A DNA stretch of 54,439 bases. It comes from a virus. Its lineage: Duplodnaviria; Caudoviricetes. The notes beneath the pieces are model-generated. The model was not told where the DNA came from, did no database searches, and saw only the letters and a list, made by a program, of their open reading frames with translations. The stretch spans positions 1 to 54,439 of IMG/VR virus record IMGVR_UViG_3300025674_000054. One strand, written 5' to 3'. Shown in pieces: positions 29,336 through 41,300 of the stretch. A program made the translations under genes and the position numbers. Positions within the stretch are counted from its first letter, which is position 1; each line of letters starts with the position of its first letter.

Positions 29336-32300
29336 ATGGCCAAACAGTTAGAAAATATTTTTGACCCAAATGTTGATGAAATATCACAAGGGTTTACTAT
29401 TAATTCTTGGCATGTATCTCAATCCGTAGATGCATTTACAGCTCAAGATGCTTATGATATTTCAATATCAGGTTCTTTTAATAATACAGGTTCAGCAGGA
29501 TTTTCAGGAAGTGTATTTACCCCAGATTTACCAGACACAACAGCAGATTTTGAAGTAGTTGTTGTAGATAACACTTCAAAAGAATTAAAGAAAACAAACT
29601 TATTAAATGCCGGTTCTTCAGGTACAAGTGGTTCTTCAGGAACTTCAGGTAGCTCAGGTACATCAGGTTCATCAGGAACAAGCGGATCAAGTGGAACAAG
29701 TGGATCTTCAGGTAATAGTGGTTCTTCAGGTACATCAGGTGCGGATGGAGATAGATATGCTACTACTTCAGGTACATCAGAAACATTAGGAGATGGTAAT
29801 CAATGTATAACTGTTGAAACAGGACTAGCTTATACTGCAGGTCAAGAAATGATAATGGCCAACAGTGATACGGCTCTTCAAACAGCTTTAGTTGTTAGTT
29901 ACGACTCAGTTACTGGAATTTTATGTTATGGAGCTATTATACTTCAAATTGGTTCTGGAACTTATAGTAGTTGGCAAGTTAACTTATCAGGAAATGTAGC
30001 AGGTTCAAGTGGTACAAGTGGTTCATCAGGTACTTCAGGAACTTCTGGCTCATCAGGTCAACAAGGAGATCCAGGTACCTCAGGTTCATCGGGTACATCA
30101 GGTTCATCAGGAACAAGCGGATCAAGTGGTACCTCAGGATCTTCAGGTGAATCTGATAAATATGCAACAACTTCAGGTACATCATTTACTTTAGGTGGAA
30201 ATGGTACTATTACTGTAGAAACAGATTTAGCTTATACGCCTGCTCAATCTATTATTATTGTATATGATGTTAATAATTTTCAAGAATGTGAGGTTATAAC
30301 CTATAATAGTTCAACTGGTGAATTGGTATTTGGCTCACCTACAAGAACAGTAGGATCAGGAACATATTCAACTTGGACAGTTAACTTAGATGGTGCATCT
30401 GGTGGAGATGGTTCTTCTGGTACAAGTGGATCAAGTGGAACTTCAGGTTCTTCTGGTACAGCAGGTACAAGTGGCTCAAGCGGTACATCAGGAACATCTG
30501 GTTCTTCAGGAGTAAGTGGTTCTTCTGGTTCATCCGGAACATCAGGTTCAAGCGGTACGTCAGGTTCATCTGGCACTTCAGGTAGTTCAGGTAGTTCAGG
30601 AACAAGTGGTTCAAGTGGTAACTCTGGTACTTCAGGTTCTTCAGGAACTTCAGGCTCAAGTGGTGACTCAGGTACAAGTGGTTCTTCAGGTACATCAGGT
30701 ACATCAGGTACAAGTGGAACTAGCGGAACTTCTGGTTCATCTGGAACTTCAGGATCTTCAGGAACATCTGGTTCTTCAGGTACTTCTGGAACAGATGGAA
30801 CATCAGGTTCATCAGGAACAAGTGGTACATCAGGTTCAAGTGGTACTTCAGGAACTTCTGGAACTTCAGGAACAAGTGGATCAAGTGGAACTTCAGGTAG
30901 TTCAGGTGAAGATGGAACTTCGGGTAGTTCAGGAACAAGTGGTAGTTCAGGAACAAGTGGAACAAGTGGAACTAGTGGTTCTAGTGGAACAAGTGGTACA
31001 TCAGGTTCAAGTGGAACATCTGGAAGTTCTGGTTCAAGTGGAACTAGCGGAACTAGTGGTACAAGCGGAAGCTCAGGTACTAGTGGTACATCTGGAACTT
31101 CAGGTACATCAGGTTCATCAGGAACTAGTGGAACTTCAGGTTCAAGCGGTACAAGTGGTACTTCAGGAACTTCTGGAACAAGTGGAACTTCAGGTTCATC
31201 TGGCTCTTCAGGTACATCAGGAAATAGTGGTACAAGTGGATCGAGTGGTAATTCTGGAACTTCAGGTTCAAGTGGTACTTCTGGTTCATCTGGGACGTCA
31301 GGTACATCCGGTTCTTCTGGAACATCAGGAACAAGTGGTACATCTGGAACTTCGGGTAGTTCAGGAGAAGATGGTACTTCAGGTTCAAGTGGTACAAGCG
31401 GTTCAAGTGGTACATCAGACAAGTACGCAACAACTTCAGGTACATCATTTACTTTAGGGAATAGTGGGACAATAACAGTAGAAACAGGCTTAGCTTATAC
31501 AACAGCACAATCTATTATTATTGTATATGATATTGATAACTTCCAAGAATGTGAAGTTACATCTTATAATAGTGCAACAGGAGAACTTTCGTTTGATAGT
31601 CCTACTAGAACAGTAGGTTCAGGTACGTATTCAACATGGGAAGTAAACCTTGATGGTGCTTCAGGTGGAGATGGTAGTTCAGGTACAAGTGGTACTTCAG
31701 GTACATCAGGTTCAAGTGGTACAAGTGGAACATCCGGTACTAGTGGTTCATCAGGAACAAGTGGAACATCAGGTTCATCAGGAACAAGTGGTACATCAGG
31801 AACATCAGGATCATCAGGTAATTCAGGAACTTCAGGAAGTTCAGGTACAAGTGGTACTTCAGGTACATCAGGTACTTCTGGTACTAGTGGTACAAGTGGA
31901 TCTTCAGGTACATCAGGTACTTCAGGTTCATCGGGAACAAGTGGTACAAGTGGAACAAGTGGTTCAAGTGGAAATTCTGGAACATCTGGTTCATCAGGTA
32001 CATCAGGTTCAAGTGGAAATTCTGGAACATCTGGTTCATCAGGTACAAGTGGTACAAGTGGAACATCAGGTACAAGTGGATCAAGTGGTACTAGCGGTAG
32101 TTCTGGAGAAGACGGTACTTCAGGATCTTCAGGAACAAGTGGAAGTTCAGGTACAAGTGGTTCATCAGGAACAAATGGTACTTCTGGTACTTCAGGTTCA
32201 TCTGGAACAAGTGGTACAAGTGGTTCTTCTGGAACATCTGGGACATCTGGAACTAGTGGTTCTTCAGGAACTTCTGGTACATCAGGTTCAAGTGGAACTA

Positions 32301-35300
32301 GTGGTACAGATGGTACTTCTGGAACAAGTGGAACTTCAGGTTCATCAGGAACATCTGGTTCTTCAGGAACTTCAGGAACAAACGGAACAGATGGTACATC
32401 TGGTTCTAGTGGTAATTCTGGAACATCAGGTTCAAGTGGTACTAGCGGATCATCAGGAGATAGTGGTACAAGTGGTTCTTCAGGAACTTCAGGTACAGAC
32501 GGAACCTCAGGTTCAAGCGGTACAAGTGGTACAGATGGTACTTCAGGAAGTTCAGGTACGAGTGGGACCAGTGGAACTTCAGGTTCTAGTGGAACTAGTG
32601 GAACTTCAGGAACAAGTGGATCTAGTGGTACAAGTGGAACATCTGGAACTAGTGGTTCATCAGGAACAAGTGGTACAGATGGTACTTCAGGAAGTTCAGG
32701 TACTTCGGGTACAAGTGGAACTTCAGGTAGTTCAGGAACAAGCGGTCAAGATGGAACTTCAGGTTCATCAGGAACTTCTGGAACATCTGGTACATCTGGA
32801 ACAAGTGGATCTTCAGGAACTTCAGACAAATATAGAACAACTTCAACTACTTCGTTTACCTTAGGTAATAGTGGTACTTTAACAGTTGATGTTGGTTTAG
32901 CATATACACCTGCACAATCTATTATTATTGTTTATGATGTAGATAATTTCCAAGAGTGTGAAGTTATAACTTATAATGATGCAACAGGTGCTTTAGCATT
33001 TGATACCCCTACAAGAACAGTAGGTTCAGGTACATACACTTCTTGGACAGTTAATTTAGATGGTGCTTCAGGAGGAGATGGTTCTTCAGGTACAAGTGGA
33101 TCTTCTGGTACATCAGGTACTAGTGGTACAAGTGGTTCAAGTGGAACTAGTGGCTCAAGTGGTACTTCAGGTACATCTGGAACAAGTGGCTCTTCGGGAA
33201 CTTCAGGAACAAGTGGCTCATCAGGAACAAGTGGAACAAGTGGAAGTTCAGGTGAATCTGGTACAAGTGGAACTTCAGGTACTTCAGGTACATCAGGTAC
33301 TAGTGGTTCATCAGGTACAAGTGGATCTTCAGGAGTATCTGGTACATCAGGTTCAAGTGGTACAAGTGGTACAGATGGTACTTCGGGTACAGACGGAACT
33401 TCAGGATCAAGTGGAACTAGTGGAACTTCAGGAACAAGTGGTTCATCTGGAACTTCTGGTACTAGTGGAACATCAGGTTCAAGTGGTACAAGTGGTACAG
33501 ATGGTACTTCAGGAAGTTCAGGCACTTCAGGCACATCAGGAACTTCAGGTTCAAGTGGTACATCAGGTACTTCAGGAACAAGCGGTTCATCTGGTGCAAG
33601 TGGTCCAATAGGCCCTTATGAATATAATATTCCAGGAGACGAAGATTCAGGTATCCATCCTGTAAGTGGTTCAAATACTGCTGCAGGTTGTTGGTCAACT
33701 ATTGCTGGTGGTGAAAATAATTATGTTGGTCTTGGGGGTACAAAATACCACTTTATAGGAGGTGGTTGTGATAATACGGTAGGAACTTGTGCTGCAGGTC
33801 AAGTTATTGTTGGAGGATATTGTAACTATTCACAAGGTAGTGTTTCTGCTAATAAATCTGATTGGAACTTTATAGGAGCTGGTATTGAAAACTGTAATAT
33901 TGGTGGTGTAGCTGCTATTGTAGCTGGTAGAAATAATAAAATAGAAGGAACAGGCTTAGGAGCAGCTTATACGGGTGCATCTGGTAGTTTTATTGGAGCT
34001 GGTGCTAATAACTGCATTATTGCTGCATGTTGTTCTACAATTGTAGGAGGAAAATCAAACGTTAACTGTGGAGATCATAGTTTTATAGGAAGTGGACTTG
34101 AAAATAGTATTTCTAATAATGTTAGTGGAGGACCTCATGTTTTAGTAGGTGGTAGCTGTAATAAACTAGTTTCTTATGCAACAGCCTTTTTAGGAGGTGG
34201 ATCTAATAATACAATTGAAGTATCAGCAAATCAAACATCAGGTAACGTTTTAGTAGGTGGTAACAGTAATAAAATAACTGGTAGTTGCCAAGCCTACATG
34301 TTTATTGGGGGTGGTGCAAGTAATGTAATTTCAGGTAGTGATTCTGTATGTTATAGTAGTATTGTAGGTGGTCGTGGAAATATTCTAAAAGAAACTGAAA
34401 GATCCTTTATTGGAGGAGGTCAAGAAAATACAAGTTCTGCAGATTATACTTTTATAGGAGGTGGTTATCAAAACCGTGTTTTAGGAATATGTAGTACTAT
34501 AGTAGGAGGAAGAAATAATATAATAACTAGTGGTTGTAACTTTATAGGAGGTGGTCTTATTAACTGTATTTGTACAAGTACAACATCAGTAATTGTTGGT
34601 GGGATATATAATGAAATTCAAGGCTCACATTCTGGTGGATTTGTTGGAAGTGGTAATTGTAATACTATTTTAGGTTCTACAAATTCAGGACATGCAATTG
34701 TTACTGGTACATGCAACCGTGTTAGTAACCAAAACACTGGTGGGGGACATAATTTCATAGGAACTGGATGTCATAACCTTGCTTCAGGTTGTGCTGATAT
34801 TATTGTAGGAGGTTTCCATAATACAGCTTCTGCTAATTTTGCCTTTATAGCAGGTGGATGTGATAACTGTGTTACTCACCAACACTCTGTTATTCTAGGA
34901 TCAGAAATAACTTCAGTTTCAGATTGTACAACACACGTAAACCAACTTAATATTGGTACAGTTTCTACAGGTACAGAAAATGACGTACTAATCATTGCGT
35001 CAGATGGTACTGTTAAAAAGAAAACAGCAGCAGCAACTTCAGGTACATCAGGTACAAGTGGCTCAAGTGGAACTTCAGGTACTTCAGGTTCTTCAGGAAC
35101 AGGTGGTACTTCAGGTTCTTCAGGTAATAGTGGAACATCTGGTTCTTCAGGTACAAGTGGCACTAGCGGTACTAGTGGTACAAGCGGAAGTTCAGGTAAT
35201 TCAGGAACAAGCGGTTCTTCAGGTACATCAGGTACATCAGGAACAGATGGTACTAGTGGTTCAAGTGGTACTAGCGGAACAAGTGGTACATCAGGTTCAA

Positions 35301-38300
35301 GTGGTACAAGTGGTACAGATGGTACTTCAGGAAGTTCAGGCACTTCAGGTACATCTGGAACTTCAGGAACAGATGGCACTTCAGGTTCAAGTGGTACAAG
35401 TGGTTCTTCTGGAACTTCAGGATCAAGTGGTACAAGTGGAACTTCTGGATCAAGTGGTACAAGTGGTACAAGTGGCACTTCGGGAACATCAGGTTCAAGT
35501 GGTACAAGTGGTACATCAGGAACTAGTGGTTCAAGTGGATCATCAGACAAATATGCAACTACATCAGGAACTTCGTTTACATTAGGTAATAGCGGAACTA
35601 TAACTGTAGAAGCAGGTTTAGCATATACCCCGGCACAATCTATTATTATTGTATATGATACATCAAACTTCCAAGAGTGTGAAGTAATAACATATAACGA
35701 TTCTACAGGTGTTTTAGAATTTGATTCACCAACTAGAACAGTTGGTAGTGGAACATATTCAGTTTGGACTGTAAACCTAGATGGTGCTTCAGGTGGAGAC
35801 GGTAGCTCAGGTACAAGTGGTACTTCAGGTACATCTGGTTCTTCAGGAACAAGTGGAACTTCAGGAACAAGTGGTTCAAGTGGAACATCTGGTACATCAG
35901 GAACTAGTGGTTCTTCAGGAACAAGTGGCACTTCAGGAACTAGTGGTTCAAGTGGATCATCTGGTACATCAGGAACATCTGGTACTAGTGGTTCAAGTGG
36001 AGATTCAGGAACAAGTGGTTCAAGTGGAACATCTGGTACATCAGGAACAGATGGTACTAGTGGTTCAAGTGGTACTAGCGGAACAAGTGGTTCAAGTGGA
36101 ACATCTGGTACATCAGGAACTAGTGGTTCTTCAGGTAATAGTGGAACAAGCGGTTCTTCAGGTACTTCAGGAACAGATGGTACAAGTGGTACTTCTGGAT
36201 CTTCTGGAAATTCTGGTACATCAGGTTCAAGTGGTACTAGTGGTACTGATGGAACAAGTGGTACATCTGGAACTTCAGGAACAGATGGTACTTCAGGTTC
36301 AAGTGGTACAAGTGGAACAAGTGGAAGCTCAGGTACTTCAGGAACAAGTGGAACATCAGGAACCTCAGGTAGTAGTGGTAATTCAGGAACCAGTGGTTCA
36401 AGTGGAACTAGTGGTACAAATGGTACAAGTGGTACATCAGGTACTTCTGGTACAAGTGGTTCATCTGGTGCAAGTGGTCCAATAGGTCCTTATGAATATA
36501 ATACACCAGCATCAACAACTTCAGGTATTCAACCTGTAAGTGGTTCAAATACAGCTTCGGGTTGTATGTCAAATATTGGAGGAGGAGAAAATAATACTTC
36601 TGGGGGAGCTTGTTCAGTAATAGGAGGAGGAAGACAGAATGTAAATTGTTCAAACCTTAGTTTCGTAGGTGGTGGAGCACGCCATACTCTTGGAAGCGAC
36701 GTAACCCAGGATGTTTATAGCGTAATTGTAGGTGGTCTTTGTAATTGTGCTTTTGATTTTTACAACTTTATTGGTGGTGGTAATAAAAACTTTATCTCTT
36801 CTAGTGTAGGTGAAACTGGAACTGCAAATGTTGTAGTTGGAGGACAATGTAACCGTATTGGAGGTGCGTATAGTTTTATAGGAGGTGGTATTTGTAATTT
36901 CCTTACTGGTTCACGTGGTATTATTGTTGGGGGTTCAACTAACAAAAGTGTTTGTTTTGCTAATGATGATTTTGTTATAGTTGGAGGTTTTAGTAATGAA
37001 AACTGTGCAGATTATACTTTTATAGGGGGTGGTTGTTGCAATATAGCAAATCATAATCATGCTTTTATTCTTGGATCAGATATAACTTCAGTTTCAGCTT
37101 GTACAACACACGTAAACCAACTTAATATAGGCACTGTTAATACAGGTACAGAAAATGATGTTCTTATTATAGCATCAGATGGTACTGTTAAAAAGAAAAC
37201 AGCAGCAGCAAGCTCAGGTTCTTCTGGTACATCAGGTACAAGTGGCACTTCAGGTACAAGCGGTACTTCAGGTACATCTGGTTCTTCAGGAAACAGTGGT
37301 ACTTCAGGTTCATCGGGCACTAGTGGAACTTCAGGAACTAGTGGAACAAGTGGTTCATCAGGAAACAGTGGTACTAGCGGATCTTCAGGTACATCAGGAA
37401 CTAGCGGTACATCAGGTACTTCAGGTTCAAGTGGTACTAGTGGTACAAGCGGAAGTTCAGGCACAAGTGGTACTTCAGGAACATCAGGTACTTCAGGTAC
37501 AAGTGGTTCAAGTGGAACTTCAGGAACTTCAGGATCAAGTGGTACATCAGACAAATATAGAACAACATCAACTACTTCGTTTACTTTAGGTAACAGTGGA
37601 ACAATAACTGTAGAAACAGGATTAGCATACTCACCTGCACAATCCATTATTATTGTTTATGACGTTGATAATTTCCAAGAATGTGAGGTAACAACATACA
37701 ATAGTGGAACAGGTGCCCTTTCATTTGATAACCCAACAAGAACTGAAGGATCAGGAACATATACAAGTTGGACAGTTAACTTAGATGGTGCTTCAGGTGG
37801 AGACGGTAGCTCAGGAACTTCTGGTACTAGTGGATCATCAGGTACATCTGGTACAAGCGGAACTAGTGGTACAAATGGAACAAGTGGTTCATCTGGTACT
37901 TCTGGTACTAGTGGATCATCAGGTACATCTGGTACAAGTGGAACTAGTGGAACTAGTGGTACTTCTGGATCTTCTGGAAATTCTGGTACTTCAGGATCTT
38001 CAGGAACAAGTGGTACAAGCGGTACTTCAGGAACAAGTGGTTCTTCAGGAAACAGTGGAACAAGCGGTTCAAGTGGAACATCTGGTACAAATGGAACAGA
38101 TGGTACTAGCGGTTCAAGTGGTACAAGTGGTACAAGCGGAAGCTCAGGTACTTCAGGTACTAGTGGATCATCAGGTACTTCTGGAACAAGTGGAACTTCA
38201 GGTACGTCAGGAACAAGCGGTACAAGTGGATCTTCAGGAGTATCTGGAACATCAGGTTCATCTGGTACAAGCGGAACTAGTGGTACAAATGGAACAAGTG

Positions 38301-41300
38301 GTTCTTCAGGTGTATCAGGTACATCTGGTTCAAGTGGAACAAGTGGTACATCAGGTACAAGTGGAACTTCAGGAACTTCAGGTACATCAGGTTCAAGTGG
38401 TACTTCTGGTACTTCTGGTTCAAGTGGAACTAGTGGCACAAGCGGAACTTCAGGTACATCAGGTACAAGCGGAACAAGCGGTTCTTCAGGAAATAGTGGA
38501 ACTTCAGGTTCAAGTGGTACTTCAGGATCTTCAGGAAACAGTGGTACAAGTGGATCAAGTGGAACTTCGGGAACCAGTGGCACATCAGGTACATCAGGTA
38601 CAAGTGGTACTTCTGGAGCAGCTACTATTAATAACAATGCTGATCATAGAGTAATAACTGGAGATAACACAGCTGGAGTTTTAAATGCTGAAAGTTGTTT
38701 TACTTTTGGCCCTTCATATAGAGTTACAATAGGACAAGGCCATACTAATAGTAATTCAACTTGGGCAGCAGTTCTTAGTGGATGTGGTAACCAAGTTTGT
38801 ATGCCTGCTGCTGTAATTGGTGGTGGATTAGATAACTGTATTCAAAACCTAAGTGGTGCTGGATGTATTGATGTAATTGGAGGAGGACAAAATAATAAAA
38901 TATGTGGATGGAAATCAAATACAATTTCAGGTGGATGTAATAACACCATAGCAAATTATAATACTGGGACTTTCAACTATCAATTAGGTCATACAATTGG
39001 AGGAGGATATAACAATGATATATCAGGTTCAGGTGGAAATGAATTTGCCAGTACTATAGCTGGTGGTAATGATAACTGCATATTTGGATCAAGCACAGGG
39101 GCTATTGGAGGAGGAGCAGGTAATGATATTATTGGAGGTAGTGCTAATACTATTGCAGGAGGGTGTTTCAGCAGAATTATTGGTAGTGTTTATTATACAA
39201 CTATAGCAGGGGGAAATTGTAACTGTATTAGCGTTAGTTCAAACTATGCTTCTATTGGAGGTGGTACTTGTAACTGTATTATTTCTTCACACTTTGGAGC
39301 TATAGGAGGAGGTTATGATAATGAGCTTAATGGTGGTCAATGTGCTGTAATTGGAGGTGGGTATAATAACTGTATAAAATCTAATGAAGGGTTTATTGGA
39401 GGTGGTAGACTTAACTGTATTGTAAGTTCAGTTTGTTCTGTTATTGGAGGTGGTTATACTAACTGTATTAGTACTTACAGCTTTAGTACTATACTTGGTG
39501 GTTGTGATAATTTCGTTGGAGGTTGTTTATCTTTTATAGGTGGGGGTCATGGTAACAACATAACCCTTGCTTCATCAGGTACTGTTATAGCAGGAGGAAT
39601 TGGCAACACTGTAGATGGATGTATGACTAACACTATTGGAGGAGGTTGTCAGAATTGTATTGATGGGGAACAGTATGGAAGTCATAATACAATCCCAGGT
39701 GGTGCATTAAACTGTATAATAGGTAATTGTAGTGAAGCTTATAGTACTATAGGAGGAGGACTTTGCAATACTATATGTGTTGGTGATAGTAACGTTATAG
39801 CTGGTGGTAGACAAAACAAAACATCAGGAGAATGTTCCGTAATCGGTGGAGGTTATTTAAATACAGGTTCATGTAGTTTCTCATTTATAGGAGGTGGATG
39901 TAGTAACTTTAATGCAAGAGAATGTGCTACTTTAGTTGGTGGACATAATAACTGTATGAATGGTATTGCATCATTTATAGGTGGTGGTGACACTAACTGT
40001 GTTACTTACTGCTCAGCTTTCACTAATATAGTTGGTGGAGCTCATAACACAGCTTCGGATGCAGCTTGTTATTCATCTATAGTTGGTGGGTGTAAAAATA
40101 GTATTAATAGAGCTGACTACTCTGCTATAGTTGGAGGGTGTTTGAACTTTATTTCAGGTAGTAATGGAAATCTTGCTGATTTTAGTACAATAATTTCAGG
40201 TAAAGAAAACTTAGTTGGAGGATGTTATGCCGTAGCAGGTGGAGAATTTTCACAAGCATTAGGTAACCAAGCAATTGCTTATGGGTATGCAGTATCAGCC
40301 TCAGGTGGTGCTAGTGCGGCATTTGGAGCTTTATCAAAAGCAATAGGTGATAATTCTTTTGCAACTGGTAGAAGTGGAAGTGCTGGGGGTTGTGATTCAT
40401 TTGTAGGTGGGTTTGGTAACGATATTGATGCTGATGCTCCTCAAGCAGTTGCCTTTGGGTATGAAAATATAATTGCTTCAACTGGTGATAATTCAGTAGT
40501 ATTTGGTTCTTCTAACTGTATAGGTGGGGCGAATAACTTTGTACAAGGTACTAATAATGATTCATTTTGTGATCATAATGTTATAATAGGAGGATGTAAT
40601 CATAGAATTTCAAATGTTGGTGGTTCAACTAGAGCTACACTTAGTGCTATAATAGGAGGAATTAACAACTGTATAACTTGTGCAGATAGTAACTTCATTG
40701 GAGCTGGTGCAGGAAACTTAATCAATAGAGGATGTAATAGTATTATAGCTGGTGGTAATAACAAAATATGTATTGACACTCTAACCCAAGGTTATTCAGC
40801 AGTATTTGGAATTTGTAACGTAACAAATGGAGATGGTAGTTACTCATTCATGGCAGGAGGTTACGGTAATAACTTTGGAGCATATAGTGCAGTTATTGGA
40901 GTTGGATCAGTAGGAAGTAAAGGTGATGTTCAAATTGCTCTAGGTTGTGGTATTACTACTCCAACAGGTGCAACAGCAGCTAGAGGAGATTCTCAAATTG
41001 TTGTTGGTAAATTTAATGATTATACTACCAGTTGTATACATAGATTTGCTGTTGGTAATGGTACTTCCGATACATCCAGAACTACTAAATTTGCTGTAAT
41101 AGGAGGTGGTACATCTAATGGTCAGGTAGCAGTTAACTCTTCAAATGGATGTTCTAGTTATAATTTCTTTGTAAATGGTAGTGCAGCTAAACCATTTGGT
41201 GGAAGTTGGACAAACTCTTCAGATGAAAGATTAAAAACTAATATTCAAAACTATACTAAGAGTTTAAGTGATATTATACAAGTTCAACCAAGAACATTTG

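Noticed and set aside
29609-38618. Repeat region as a CRISPR array
   Set aside because: Degenerate in-frame coding triplets; no constant repeat with unique spacers.
29517-38654. Long alternative-frame and antisense ORFs (VPLVPE-, QVVQ-, HLYHL-rich) inside the giant fibre
   Set aside because: Expected shadows of the 9-bp Ser-Gly-Thr codon repeat, which lacks stops in some frames; no promoters or start contexts.
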